The notes beneath the pieces are model-generated. The model was not told where the DNA came from. It saw only the letters and a list, made by a program, of their open reading frames with translations, and ran no database searches. A program made the translations under genes and the position numbers. Below are positions 37,522-49,572 of a stretch of DNA of 64,000 bases, one piece after another (the first letter of the stretch is position 1; each line of letters begins with the position of its first letter). Origin of the DNA: Endomicrobiales bacterium (GTDB lineage: Bacteria; Elusimicrobiota; Endomicrobiia; Endomicrobiales; CAWCFT01); the NCBI GenBank assembly GCA_963794945.1, contig CAWCFT010000009.1:32001-96000 (forward strand). Direction: 5' to 3'.

Positions 37522-38526
37522 TTAAATCATATTGCTGTCAATGAAACTCAACAATGTTTCAGCGTTCTTTTGTGGATCTTTGCCTATAATGAATTTATAT
37601 GTTTTTGCCTTTTTTACCGCCCTGGCGCAAACCATCACTCTTGACGCTACTATCCATGCTTTACCAAAAATATCTGCAGTATCAAACCTGAGGAAATACT
37701 CGACCATCTGCGGAAGCCCCAGCCCTATAACGCAGTCTCTCAGAAGCGCTATAAACACAGTTATCTTGCCAGCCTCAACAACCCTGGGGTTGTTCGAATA
37801 CTCCCTTACCCCCTTAAAAATAAAGCCTAGTTCCACCGGAGAAGATATCCTGCCGATGAAATATTGCGTGTCTATCAACAGCTTCCTGCCGTATTTTCTG
37901 CGGTCAAGGCTGCCGAGGAATTGAGGCGGGATATCGAAGCCTTTCCCATCGCCGACGCCAATTCGCGAAGGAAATGGAAGGAGCCGTGAATCCGACGAGA
38001 TTAACGGCGTATCATCTGAAACAAGCTTAACGCTCTTATTTTTTAAAAGCTCCATATACAGTGTAGTTTTTCCCCCGCCTTGAGGCAGCAGGCATACCGC
38101 GCCTTTTTTCTCGATAGAAAAACCGCACGCGTGCACCCTGTGCATGCCCTTTTTGTCCAGCATCTCGCCGACACGTGAAAGTATCATCAGATACGCTAGT
38201 TCATGGAGCAGTTTCAGATCAGCCGAGAACAATTCGCCTGATTCGGCCTTGTAATCGTAGACAGAGAGCGCTTTTCCGAAATAGTCAACATACCTTTTCC
38301 CTTTTTGGTCGTAAGATATAGAATCCGGCTGGTAGAGGCTGGCCATTACCTCCGGTATCCTTGACAGCGGCGGTTCCTGGTCCGCTATGACGAGCGTCAA
38401 AGATGGTTTATCAGAAATTGGTGTCTTTAAAAAAAACGAAAAGTCCTTGCTTAATTCTTCTTTCAGCCATGAAGGAAGGGCTATATCAACCGCTACTCCA
38501 TAAAATTCTAAAGTTAGTCTGTCCAT
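37522..38526 (-). CDS. HprK-related P-loop kinase-like protein
   Basis: VHACG, GGGKTT Walker A, VSDD acidic pair, in the order seen in the HPr kinase/PEPCK-like fold. Confidence 0.6.
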   Translation of the reverse strand: MDRLTLEFYGVAVDIALPSWLKEELSKDFSFFLKTPISDKPSLTLVIADQEPPLSRIPEVMASLYQPDSISYDQKGKRYVDYFGKALSVYDYKAESGELFSADLKLLHELAYLMILSRVGEMLDKKGMHRVHACGFSIEKKGAVCLLPQGGGKTTLYMELLKNKSVKLVSDDTPLISSDSRLLPFPSRIGVGDGKGFDIPPQFLGSLDRRKYGRKLLIDTQYFIGRISSPVELGFIFKGVREYSNNPRVVEAGKITVFIALLRDCVIGLGLPQMVEYFLRFDTADIFGKAWIVASRVMVCARAVKKAKTYKFIIGKDPQKNAETLLSFIDSNMI

Positions 38527-39552
38527 TTTTTAAACACTCCCCTGGCGAAGCCGATCCCGTAAGCCAGATGCGCGACAAAAGGCAGAATTATCAGCAAAGG
38601 CAAAGCGGTTATACTTTCGCCATATTTTATCATAATTGACGCCGCGTTGGTTAATGCAAATATTATATACGCGTATAACGGCGCCAGGTATAGCGGGTTA
38701 TTAGCATAGCCTGTCGAACACAGATATATAACGAAAAATGTAGGCAAGAGATATACAGGCCTGAGGCTTTTCGGCATTATCTTTGTCATCATCGCGCGGC
38801 CTTCGCCCGAACGGTATACCTGCTCGGCCAGGGAGAAGAGATCCTTTCTCCTGTGGTGGTACACGACCAGCTTAGGGCAATACAGGGCTTTATGCCCTTT
38901 ACCGAAGAATTGCTCCAGCAGCAGATTTTCCTCGTTGTAATGCAGCCGGCCGTCAAAATATATATTGGACGACTCGAATATCTTTCTCCTGAAAGCCAGG
39001 TTGCAGAGCGTCACGGAACTATCGTCACATACCCTCTCCGTTTCGCCGGGCATGAACCTTTCTCTCATTTTCCAGGCGGTAAATATTTCCGAGAAGGCGT
39101 AACCGGCTATACGCTCTATGAGCGGGCTGCCGGGCGGGGTAACGTTAGGCCCGCCGATAATATCAATATCAGCGCGTTGTTTGAATTTTTCTTCCAGCAG
39201 CGCGATATTGCCGAAGTCCGGGTAACAATCGTCATCAAGGAAATATATAAGCTCCGCGCCCGAATTTGTTATGCCCGTGTTTCTCGCTTCGCTTTTTGAT
39301 ATTTTATTTTCAAAGAAGACGCACTTGAACATCGGACCTGTGACGCTTAAGATGCGCAGATATTCGAATGTTTCCTTATTATACCCGTTAGCGACTATGA
39401 CTACCTGGAGGCCCGAGGCCTGAGATAGCACGTTCACGCACTTTTCAAGCGAACCTTTTCTCCCTTTGGTTATTATAACTACGCTAATTCTTGCGTTATC
39501 AAAAGGCACGAAAATCCCCTGAACCGTTACTGTCCTCAAATAATAAGTTCAT
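38514..39552 (-). CDS. GT2 glycosyltransferase with C-terminal TM helices (probable start 39552 with an early frameshift)
   Basis: ISVVII, ARNTG, FLDDD, GGPN, CNLAFRR, NEE, VYHHRR; GAGG-ATG at 39552. Confidence 0.85.
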
Positions 39553-39610
39553 TACACCTCGACAACATTTTAGGAGTGTATTTTGGATCAGGCTTATCAC
39601 TGACCTAGGC

Positions 39611-40438
39611 CTATTTTTCACTCTCGACAAGCCATACGTATTCATCGCACGGGCAAACCTCCGCCTCGCAGGGCATTGGCTTTTCAAACAGCTTAAAATC
39701 ATCATCGAAGAGGTTGCCGATCGGCTTGTGACTTAGAGGCCCGCACCGAGTTACTTTGCCGTCCGCTTTTATAGACGCGTATACCTGGCCAGACCGGCAC
39801 AACTTGCCTTTAGTCTTTTTACCTTCAAGATGGTATTTTACCCTTGAAATATCACCCATGAACGGTTCCATCATCTTACGCTCGGCTTCGCTGTACGAGT
39901 CCGGGTACTTTTTGCCTTCGTATTCCCCCCAGAAAGCCGCGAGGGCGAAATCGATGCCGTTTTCCTTGAATTTATTATAGTAGTGATCTATCTTTCCCAT
40001 ATTGGGAGGATATGCCAGGTAGCAAACACCCCCCTTGAAACCTTTTTTCTTCAACGCCTTGATCTTGCTTAAAAAGCTATCGTAGTTGCTGTCTTTGGGA
40101 TGAAAGTTCATATCCAGCACGACCCTGCCCGGGTCGACTTTCTCGGCAAAAGCGTACATGTCTCCCGAAAGCTGGCTTGTGACCTTGACCGTGTGCAGTT
40201 TTGACAGTTCTGTTATAAGCTCCACAAAGTTAGGGTAGATAGAAGGTTCGCCGCCGGTTATCATGATGTGGCACTCGCCGTGCCTGTCGTAGATCCGCCG
40301 CCACACTTTCATAAGCTCAGGTACCGACATATAGCGGGTTACTTTCTCCATCGTATCCCAGTTCTTGTCGAACCAGCAGTAAGGGCACCTGAAGTTGCAT
40401 TTGTAATGTATGTCCCAAACAAAATTTACTTTTTCCAT
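39611..40438 (-). CDS. Radical SAM protein with C-terminal twitch/SPASM-like domain
   Basis: CNFRCPYC, ITGGEP, CRSG...DGKVTRCG...GN...CEAEVCPC. Confidence 0.9.
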   Translation of the reverse strand: MEKVNFVWDIHYKCNFRCPYCWFDKNWDTMEKVTRYMSVPELMKVWRRIYDRHGECHIMITGGEPSIYPNFVELITELSKLHTVKVTSQLSGDMYAFAEKVDPGRVVLDMNFHPKDSNYDSFLSKIKALKKKGFKGGVCYLAYPPNMGKIDHYYNKFKENGIDFALAAFWGEYEGKKYPDSYSEAERKMMEPFMGDISRVKYHLEGKKTKGKLCRSGQVYASIKADGKVTRCGPLSHKPIGNLFDDDFKLFEKPMPCEAEVCPCDEYVWLVESEK

Positions 40439-40473
40439 TTTACCTCTTTAATTATAGTCTAAACATTACCGCA

Positions 40474-40656
40474 CTAAAACAGCACGTAAATGAAAGGAAC
40501 CACACTACTGCTTTGCGCGAATATTATCAAAAGGCCCAGACCCAACAGAACTACGAACATAGGCACAAGCCACCAGAGTTTCCGTTCCCAGAAAAATTGC
40601 CAGAATTCACCCAGTATCGAGAACCTAGACATAAATTGCTTTAATGTAACCATCAA
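40474..40656 (-). CDS. DUF5989 (SxtK-like) small membrane protein
   Basis: EFWQF..ERKLWWLVP...AQSS.V.PFIY.LF pattern. Confidence 0.75.
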   Translation of the reverse strand: MMVTLKQFMSRFSILGEFWQFFWERKLWWLVPMFVVLLGLGLLIIFAQSSSVVPFIYVLF

Positions 40657-40667
40657 ATTCTCCTTAT

Positions 40668-41780
40668 TTAGAGACCTTGATCTTTGGTTATTTGACCTTT
40701 ACCTGTCTTTATTGCCTCTCCCAGCATAAAACCGTTAGTGCAGGTGAGCCAGCAGTGGCATGTTTTCTTGTTGAAGAACTCTCTTATGTCTTCCGCTTTT
40801 TTCGACTGCCAAATACCGTCAAATCCATCCTCCAGAGCGTTTCCTGCTATAAGGTTTTTATGCACGGGACAGAAATACAGGTTACCGTAAGGGTCCAGCA
40901 TAGCGTATTTCTCTCCGCACGGGCAATCCGGGAAAAACCGTCTTCTTTCGAGTATATATTTCTCTATGTAATGAATGCCCATAAGCATGGACAGCAGGCC
41001 ATCATTGTTTAAAAGCATTGAATAGTCGGTGATGCCTGGAAAGTATTTAGCGATAATACCGTCTATGAGGGCATCCAGCTGGATGCGCACGGTTTCGATG
41101 TGTACATTAGTCCACGCGAACTCTTTTGTCTCCTTCTTCTGCACCATGACCTGGAAGGAGACGTGGTAGCCGTTATCACTGCACCACTGGTATGCTGGAA
41201 GCATTTGCCCACAGTTTTCTGGTGTCAGGGTGAAATTAAGGCTGAAGTAGAGCTCAGGGTACTCTTTTCTTATGAATTTAAGCGTGTTGGATAACAAGCG
41301 AAAACTGTCCTTCCTGCCCCTGATATTATCATGCGCCGCGCCTATGCCGTCCAGCGAACTGCCTATTGACACGTTCTTTAACCCTATTTCATTTTGTATT
41401 TCCCTGATATTATTTAAAGCCAGCTCGGTGTCTACAAGGTTCGAAAGAATCAGTATCTCCACTGCAGGGTAATTATTCCGCAGGTATTTAATTAATTCTA
41501 TCAGGTCTTCCTTAAGCCAGGCTTCCCCACCGCTAAGCACAATATAACGGACGTCTTTTAGCAGCTTAGCATCTTCGATCAACAACTTCCATTGTTCAAC
41601 AGTTAGCTCGTTTTCCGGCTTATTAATATAGCGAAGATTGCACATTATACAGTTAGTATTACATCTGTAGGTCAGCTCGATGTGCAGCTCCCTGGGCGGA
41701 ACGCAGGATACCTTATTTTTTAAAGCGCTTGATTCCAGCACTTTGCCGCATTTTTCCAGGAACTCTCTCGCTTTATTCAT
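40668..41780 (-). CDS. Radical SAM/SPASM-type protein
   Basis: ELTYRCNTNCIMC, SGGE, SLDG...HDNIRG, CPCG...DPYGNLYFC, CHCWLTC. Confidence 0.9.
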   Translation of the reverse strand: MNKAREFLEKCGKVLESSALKNKVSCVPPRELHIELTYRCNTNCIMCNLRYINKPENELTVEQWKLLIEDAKLLKDVRYIVLSGGEAWLKEDLIELIKYLRNNYPAVEILILSNLVDTELALNNIREIQNEIGLKNVSIGSSLDGIGAAHDNIRGRKDSFRLLSNTLKFIRKEYPELYFSLNFTLTPENCGQMLPAYQWCSDNGYHVSFQVMVQKKETKEFAWTNVHIETVRIQLDALIDGIIAKYFPGITDYSMLLNNDGLLSMLMGIHYIEKYILERRRFFPDCPCGEKYAMLDPYGNLYFCPVHKNLIAGNALEDGFDGIWQSKKAEDIREFFNKKTCHCWLTCTNGFMLGEAIKTGKGQITKDQGL

Positions 41781-43352
41781 AGCTTCCGGCGCTCCTAAGG
41801 CATTCGTCCATAAGCTGTCTAGTTAGCTCATTGTTTGATTCCAGGTCGAGTGATCTTTTAAAGCATTCCACCGCCTTTACTGAGTCATGATCGTACTTGT
41901 AATACTGCCCCAGAAGGAACCACTTGTCAGGCTTAACTCTCAGCACTCCGGATGTCTCTGGAAGGCCAAGCTTAAGCGCGGTAGCGCAAAACTCTTCATA
42001 TCTCCTGAACCGTTCAGGGTAATCATTTTTCCCTTCGTCCGATTTCCAAAAGAGATGGTGTTCGCTTCCGGTGATCCCGAATATTCTAGGGTTCTTTCGA
42101 ATATACGTCTCTTTTTCCAAAGTAAAGAATGACTGGCTGGCAAGTATGGAAGTGATATACGGCCTGGCCTTCGTTAGAAACTCAATCGTCTTTTCAAAAT
42201 CCCGTCTGGTCTCGCCCGGGAACCCGAACATTATGTTAATCTGGAAATCTATTCCGGCTTCCCGAGTGTCTTTTAGTATGCCAACGGCTTTTTCGATGTC
42301 GAAGTGCTTATTCATCAGATCAAGTATTCTCTGCGAACCGGATTCTATACCGTACCCGAGCCACACGCATCCTGCCTTTGCCATTTTGTTTAACAGGGCC
42401 CTGCTCATATCTTCGCGGACCATCGCCTGGCCGGCCCACTTGATTTTCGTATTGTTCTCTATCATCTTATCGCAAAAATCCTCAAGGACTTTCAGGTTCC
42501 CGTTAAGAAGCAGTCCGTTAAAATAGAAATAATTGATCCGCGGATAATCACGGACATGCTTTTTTATCTGTTCAAATATTCTGCCACCACTCATCAGTCC
42601 GGTATCTAGGCCAGAAAAGCCTCTCATAACAGAAATGGCAAGCGTTTATACATCCGCGGGAATCTAGTATATCAAGCCTGTGTGGTTCGCTGTATTTATT
42701 ATCCCTTATGTCACTGTCAAAATCACTATAATCCGGAAAGGGCATCACGTCCAGGTCTTTAACATAATCCGGCACGCCGCAATCCTCTACTATTTCCCCG
42801 TCTCGTTTTACCAGAAAACCATTTTCTAAAGGCAGCTCGCCAGCCTTTAAAATCCTCCAGTTTAGCTAACAGGTTTTTGAGCGGTATATCCGCTTCGCCA
42901 GGACACACGTAATCTACGAACGGCTGCTTTATAAAATCCAAGGCCATCTGAGCGCGCGAAGCTTTGTGACCCATGAAAATATTAATAATTCCCGGGTAAT
43001 TTTCCTTGAGCCTTTTTGCTATTTCATAGCTGACAAGTACTGACGGCGTGTGCGTAACGAATACAGCTACTCGCGCGCCTGTGCCGCCGATAAGTTTGAC
43101 GTATTTTTCGAAAACAGTTTCAGGTATGGCCTGGCTGATAAAAGCTTTATTTTCCCAGATTGAATAAAAGTCCCTGTCTTCCCAGTACTTTCGCCTTTCA
43201 GGCTCGGCATCGTGATACATCCTGTTGTTAAGGTCGAAACACGACACCTCGTGCCCGTTACCGCGAAGGTATGCCGCGAAATATCCAAGTATATAGGGCG
43301 GGCAATACCTTACCCACCACGGAGAGTTAATCAAGGCGACTTTTATAGACAT
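41773..43352 (-). CDS. B12-binding radical SAM protein with C-terminal TPR-like helix pair, two frameshifts (~42830, ~42600)
   Basis: N-terminal cobalamin-binding domain (PPYILGY, VDYVCPGEAD), SRGCINACHFC, GIESGSQRIL..MNK, FGFPGET. Confidence 0.85.
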
Positions 43353-43367
43353 TAAATTACCTCTTAT

Positions 43368-44863
43368 CTAGCGCAGCAATAACTTTTGATCGAAGATATT
43401 TCCCCTGCCAAGTATTGCGCTTGGGTCGAGCCGTTTCTTTAAGCCGCCATCTCTTCTACGCCGGCCTTGCCCACCATTTCCTCAAGAAAAGTGTGCTTTA
43501 GTTTTCCTATACCGTGTTCAGCCGATACTGTCCCGCCAAGACTCACCGCTTTTTGTGCTAGCTTTAGGTAGATATTTTTGCTCTTAGCGAAATCTTTCTC
43601 ATTATCCGGGAGAAAGTTCGCGTGCATGTGGCTCTCGCCTATATGCCCGAATATCAGGTACCTTATCCCGGAACTTTTAAGCTCTTCGCCGTAATATTTT
43701 ATCATTTCCTTTAGATATTCATCAGGCACCGCGAGATCTGTCCCTGTTTTCGGGAATTTGTTCCTGCGGACTATTTCATTGACCTTCTCAGGAAGCCTGT
43801 GCCTGAACTCCCTGAAAAGCTTTTCTTCCCTTTCAGTTGTCCCGAACCAAACCTTATCAAGTGAAACCCCGTATTTTTCCAGTGCCTGCGCCCAGCCGTC
43901 TATTATGATATCATTTCCGTTGTTAGCTATTGATTGTTCAAAGAATATTGCCGAGCGCGCTCCCGCCGGAATGTCCCTGTAGTCTTCCTTGAGCAGTTCC
44001 AGAGCACCGTGATCGAAATATTCTAAGGACATCGCGTCTACGCATTCAAAATCGCCGTTCCTCGAGGCTTTTGACAGGCGTTTTATCTCCAGGACGAATT
44101 CCCACGATCTCTCTTCATCCTGGAAGAAAGCGATCCCGGTAAGTATTTTCTGAATTCTAGGAATAAGCAGCACATCCGCTTCGGTTACAACGCCCAGAGT
44201 TCCTTCCTGTCCGATAAAAAGGTCTATCAGGTCCATGCCCGGGTAGTTAAAGTATCCGGCGGCGTTTTTTATGGCCGGCAGTTTGTAAGCTGGCAGTTTG
44301 AGTTTAATCTCGCCGGACTTTAACGGAATATTTAATGAGCTCTCGGTATCTGCAAATACCTTTCCCCTTTCAATATCCAGTATTTCACCATTTGTCAGAA
44401 CAACCTTAAGCCTGTTTATGTAGTTCCTGGTCGGCCCGAATTTTAGGCCGCGGCTGCCGGACGCGTTAGTGGATATATTGCCGCCGAGAAATGACCCTTG
44501 CTCAGTCGGATCCGGCGCGTACATCCATCCTGCAGACTTCGCCTTTTCTTTTATCTCCTTGATCGATACTCCGGCGCCCGCGGTCATTATGGCCTTATCT
44601 TTGCCCAGTACAACTATCTCACTTGTTGTGTTGAACTTCTCAACCGAAATCGAAGCCCCACCGAATGGCACCCTGCCCCCAGTGACACCTGTTCCGCCTG
44701 CGGAAACAGTTACCGGCATTTTATTGTTCGAGCATTCTTTGAGTATATCTGAGATTTCCTGCTCGTTTTCGGGTACAAACACTATTTGCGCAAAACCGCC
44801 GCGCAGGCCGGATTCATCTTCGGTGTAGGATTTAATAAGTTCGGGGTCAGTTTTTGTAAGCAT
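43368..44863 (-). CDS. FAD-linked oxidase (GlcD/D-lactate dehydrogenase family), frameshift near 43440
   Basis: GGTGVTGG, YAPDPT, GGNISTNASG, GQEGTLG, FGHIG..HMH, SAEHGIGK; shifted tail KKRLDP..ILGRGNIF. Confidence 0.88.
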
Positions 44864-44880
44864 GATTTGTAGAGCAGTTA

Positions 44881-47241
44881 TCAGCGGAGGGTAATTCCAA
44901 GCTCTTTGTTGAACGCACTCACTATGCCGTCGAATTGGGTGTTGACTTCCGAGTCCGTAAGAGTAAGCTCGGGATGGCGAAAAGTAAGATGGAACGAGTA
45001 GCTTATGTTTTCCGCGCCGATCTTTTCATCCTCGTATTTTGAAAACAGCTCAAAACCGGCCAGATGGCTGTCTCCGCCGGTATATTTGTCAAGCAGAGCG
45101 GTGACGCTTTCGAAAGCCACCGTCTTTTTTGCAAGTAAAGAGATATCTCTTTTGACCAGCGGTTTGCGGCTTATCGGTTTGTACATCTTCTCGGAGCTAT
45201 TCCAAATTTTTTCTATCAAATCGAGGTCTATTTCGCAGTAGCAGATATCTTTCCCAGCCTCATTAGAGAGCTCGGGGTGAAGCATGCCCGCCTCGCCTAC
45301 GTTTTTACCGTTCATCTCAATAATAGCTGTCTTTCCTGGGTGATAATACGGAGCGCACTTGGGATTCTCTTTGAGGCTCACCTTGTTGCCGCTAAGCATG
45401 TTCTCAACTATACCGGCGAAATAATAATAGTCATAGTTGACATCTTTTATCTTGCCTTCCCAGCCCCACCACTCGTGCCAAACGCCGCCGCTGGCGATCA
45501 CGCCGAACTTGCGGGCCTCTGCGCCGTGAGAGAACACAGTGCCTGCTTCAAAGAGTTTTATGTCGTTATAACCCTGGCGCAGGTTAAGGGTCAGGTTTCT
45601 CCAAAGGCCAGTAAGCATTGACGGCCTCATTACCTCGTTCTCTTTCGAAAGCGGGTTAGACAGCTTTACTGTAACCGGTAGTTTCAACAGGTCAAGCTCT
45701 TTTTGTTCGGCAAAGCTGCAGTTTACGGCCTCTGAAAATCCAAGCGACAACAACCTGTCACGCAGTATATCAGAGATATTGCTTTTCTTCATTTTCTTGT
45801 TGTCCGGCATAATCGGCATAATTGTTACCGGAACTTTATCATAACCTTTGATTCGTATTAATTCTTCAATGAGGTCTATCTCTTGATGGATGTCTATTCG
45901 CCAGGAAGGGATTTCCGCCGTGACTTTGTCTGTGCTTCCGAAAACTTTCATGCCGAGCCCTGAGAGTATGCTTTCTATCTCTTCTTTTTCGAACATGACG
46001 CCGGTTATCTTTTTTGCTCGTGCGTAACGCATATCAATTGAAACGGGCACGTAAGCTTTGGCTATCTTGTCGCATCTTGATTCTATTTTTCCGCCTGCGA
46101 TCTCGCATATGAGCTTAGCAGCCCTGAGCACCGCGGTTTCGGAGACTGTCCAGCCCGTGCCGCGTTCGAACCTATAGGATGCGTCGGTTGAGAGATTTAG
46201 TTTTTTCGATGTTTTTCTTATGCTCTGCGGCTTAAACATTGCGCTCTCAAGGATCATCGTAGTGGTAATGGAAGTAACTCCTGAACGTTCCGCACCCATC
46301 ACTCCGGCTATAGCCTGCGCGTTTTCCACGTCAGCTATTACAAGCATATCTTCATCCAGTTTATATTCTTTTCCATCAAGCGCCAGTATCTTCTCGTCCT
46401 TGTTAGCCCGCCTGACTATAATCTCTTCACCTTTCATTTTCTGGGTATCAAAAGCGTGAAGCGGGTGGCCCAGCTCAAGTAAAACGTAGTTCGTTATATC
46501 AACTATGTTGTTAATAGGCCGCAAACCGCATTTCTTTAGCTTATCGGCAATCCAATCAGGCGATGGGCCAACCTTGATACCAGATATTTTCATGCCTATA
46601 TAGCGTGAGCAAAGCTCCGGCTCTTGTATAGTTATCTTGTTCCAGGTTTCGGTAAGCGGGTTTGAGTATATCTCAGGCATTTTAAGCGGTTTGCCCAGCT
46701 TAGCCGCTATCTCCCGTGCCGTGCCCCAGTGGCTGAGCGCATCAGGCCTGTTTGTAGGTATTTCTATCTCAAGGATTGAGTCAAGCTCGCCAAGGGCTTC
46801 TTTTAGCGGTTTCCCCAGGGGCGTGTCGCCTTTTAGCACCATTATGCCGCTGGATTCTTCAGAAAGGCCGAGTTCTCTTTCTGAACATATCATTCCTTCG
46901 GATTCAACCCCGCGTATTTTTGCCTTTTTGATCTTTAGACCGCCGGGCAGTTCTGCGCCGATAGTCGCGAGAGCGACAATCTGCCCAAACGCCACGTTCG
47001 GCGCGCCGCATATTACGGAATAAGTGTTTGTGCCATCGGTTAAATTGCAAAGGGTGAGCTTATCTGCCTGCGGATGTTTGTTTGTCTCCAGCACCTTAGC
47101 TGTTATAATGTTGGTCCAGTTTAGGTCTCCTGAAGAAATAACGTTGGTTTCTATGCCGGCGAACGTGATAAGGTCAGCCGTTTCTTTAGGCGAGAGGTTG
47201 ATATCTACGAATTCTTTTAACCAGTTATATGATATCTTCAT
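44881..47241 (-). CDS. pheT: Phenylalanyl-tRNA synthetase beta subunit
   Basis: MKISYNWLKE, HPQADKL, CGAPNV, NRPDALSH, INNIVDITNY, HAFD, RFERG, FDX-ACB C-terminus. Confidence 0.97.
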   Translation of the reverse strand: MKISYNWLKEFVDINLSPKETADLITFAGIETNVISSGDLNWTNIITAKVLETNKHPQADKLTLCNLTDGTNTYSVICGAPNVAFGQIVALATIGAELPGGLKIKKAKIRGVESEGMICSERELGLSEESSGIMVLKGDTPLGKPLKEALGELDSILEIEIPTNRPDALSHWGTAREIAAKLGKPLKMPEIYSNPLTETWNKITIQEPELCSRYIGMKISGIKVGPSPDWIADKLKKCGLRPINNIVDITNYVLLELGHPLHAFDTQKMKGEEIIVRRANKDEKILALDGKEYKLDEDMLVIADVENAQAIAGVMGAERSGVTSITTTMILESAMFKPQSIRKTSKKLNLSTDASYRFERGTGWTVSETAVLRAAKLICEIAGGKIESRCDKIAKAYVPVSIDMRYARAKKITGVMFEKEEIESILSGLGMKVFGSTDKVTAEIPSWRIDIHQEIDLIEELIRIKGYDKVPVTIMPIMPDNKKMKKSNISDILRDRLLSLGFSEAVNCSFAEQKELDLLKLPVTVKLSNPLSKENEVMRPSMLTGLWRNLTLNLRQGYNDIKLFEAGTVFSHGAEARKFGVIASGGVWHEWWGWEGKIKDVNYDYYYFAGIVENMLSGNKVSLKENPKCAPYYHPGKTAIIEMNGKNVGEAGMLHPELSNEAGKDICYCEIDLDLIEKIWNSSEKMYKPISRKPLVKRDISLLAKKTVAFESVTALLDKYTGGDSHLAGFELFSKYEDEKIGAENISYSFHLTFRHPELTLTDSEVNTQFDGIVSAFNKELGITLR

Positions 47242-47257
47242 TTGTTTAAATGTTATT

Positions 47258-48284
<1,027 letters not shown>

Positions 48285-48301
48285 CGGCAGTATCCGTAAC
48301 C

Positions 48302-48679
48302 TTATTGAACAGGTTTCTTCTCTACTGTTGGATATGAGCTTTTTGCTATCTCTGCGAGCTGTTTGAATGCCACATTGTCGTTAACCGCGAGTTCTGCGAG
48401 CATCTTCCTGTCTATGATAATGTTCGCTTTCTTAAGGCCGGAAATGAACCTTGAATAACTCATGCCGAATTCTCTTGCGGCCGCGTTGAGCCTTACGATC
48501 CAGGTCTGTTTGAAAGTCCCTTTTCTGTCCTTTCTGCCTACGTACATGTGGCGCATGGACTTTTCAAGCTGCTGGATCACCATTCTCCAGCGGTTCTTCT
48601 TAGACGCATAAGCGCCTTTAGCCAGCCTGTAATATTTTTTCTTTTTCTGTCTTGTGTGGACTACACTCTTTGCTCGCAT
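48302..48679 (-). CDS. rplT: 50S ribosomal protein L20
   Basis: AKG, GRKDRK, WIVRLNAAAR, SYSRFI, DRKMLAELA. Confidence 0.97.
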   Translation of the reverse strand: MRAKSVVHTRQKKKKYYRLAKGAYASKKNRWRMVIQQLEKSMRHMYVGRKDRKGTFKQTWIVRLNAAAREFGMSYSRFISGLKKANIIIDRKMLAELAVNDNVAFKQLAEIAKSSYPTVEKKPVQ

Positions 48680-48711
48680 TTTTTTGCTCCTTCGTATTTA
48701 AAATATATTTT

Positions 48712-48921
48712 TTATCCGTTTTTTCTTCCGTACGGCAGATAGAGGTTGATCTTTTTGTCGTTAATTTTGTCAAGAACCGCAGAACGGCGCAGTTTTCTTC
48801 CCCTGTTCGAACTCATCCCGGTCATGAGATGCCTGAGGCCCATCTTTTTGTGCTTTACTTTACCGCTTTTTGTTACGCTGAATCTCTTTTTCGCTCCGCT
48901 GTGAGTCTTCATTTTCGGCAT
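48712..48921 (-). CDS. rpmI: 50S ribosomal protein L35
   Basis: MPKMKTHSGAKKRF..T.SGK. Confidence 0.97.
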   Translation of the reverse strand: MPKMKTHSGAKKRFSVTKSGKVKHKKMGLRHLMTGMSSNRGRKLRRSAVLDKINDKKINLYLPYGRKNG

Positions 48922-49056
48922 TTGTTCCTCCTGTTTTTCTAATTTATTCTTTATATAAGTATTCTAATCACTTAATACCCTGCTGGCATATATAACGTTA
49001 CGCGCCACCAATAATATTATCGTGGATTGTTGTCAGGCCTAAAGGTGTGTTTCAGG

Positions 49057-49572
49057 TCAAGCCGTTTTTTTTGGCATCAGGCTAAGGAACAGCCGGTTTC
49101 CAAGCATAGACGGGTTGTGCTCGACATCTGCGACATCCGCCAGGCTGATCTTGATCTTGTTGATCAAGGCCATCCCTAGGTCGCGGTGCTGCATTTCGCG
49201 GCCCATGAACATCACTGTTATCTGCACCTTGTCGTTGGCAAGAAGGAACTCACGGGCATGTTTAAGCTTTATTTCGAGATCGTGTTCCCCTATGCGAGGG
49301 CGGACGCGAACTTCTTTAAGCTGGCTGGCCTTCTGCTTCTTTCTTGCTTCCCTTTCCTTTTTGTCCTGCTCGTAACGGAACTTTGAAAAATCAATGACTT
49401 TGCATACCGGTGGGGTCGATTGTGGAACTATTTCAACTAGATCTTTCCCCCTCGTTTGGGCCAGGGCTAGAGCTTCATTTATCGGCTTTATCCCGACCTG
49501 TGTTCCGTCCTCATCGATCAGTCTGACCTGCGGTACTCTAATCTGGTGATTAATACGCATTCTTCTGTCTAC
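49057..49572 (-). CDS. infC: Translation initiation factor IF-3 (probable non-canonical start, see findings)
   Basis: RINHQIR...VRLID, DLVEI..PPVCKVIDFSKF.Y, KEVRVRP.I..HD, GRE. Confidence 0.96.
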   Translation of the reverse strand, partial: VDRRMRINHQIRVPQVRLIDEDGTQVGIKPINEALALAQTRGKDLVEIVPQSTPPVCKVIDFSKFRYEQDKKEREARKKQKASQLKEVRVRPRIGEHDLEIKLKHAREFLLANDKVQITVMFMGREMQHRDLGMALINKIKISLADVADVEHNPSMLGNRLFLSLMPKKTA

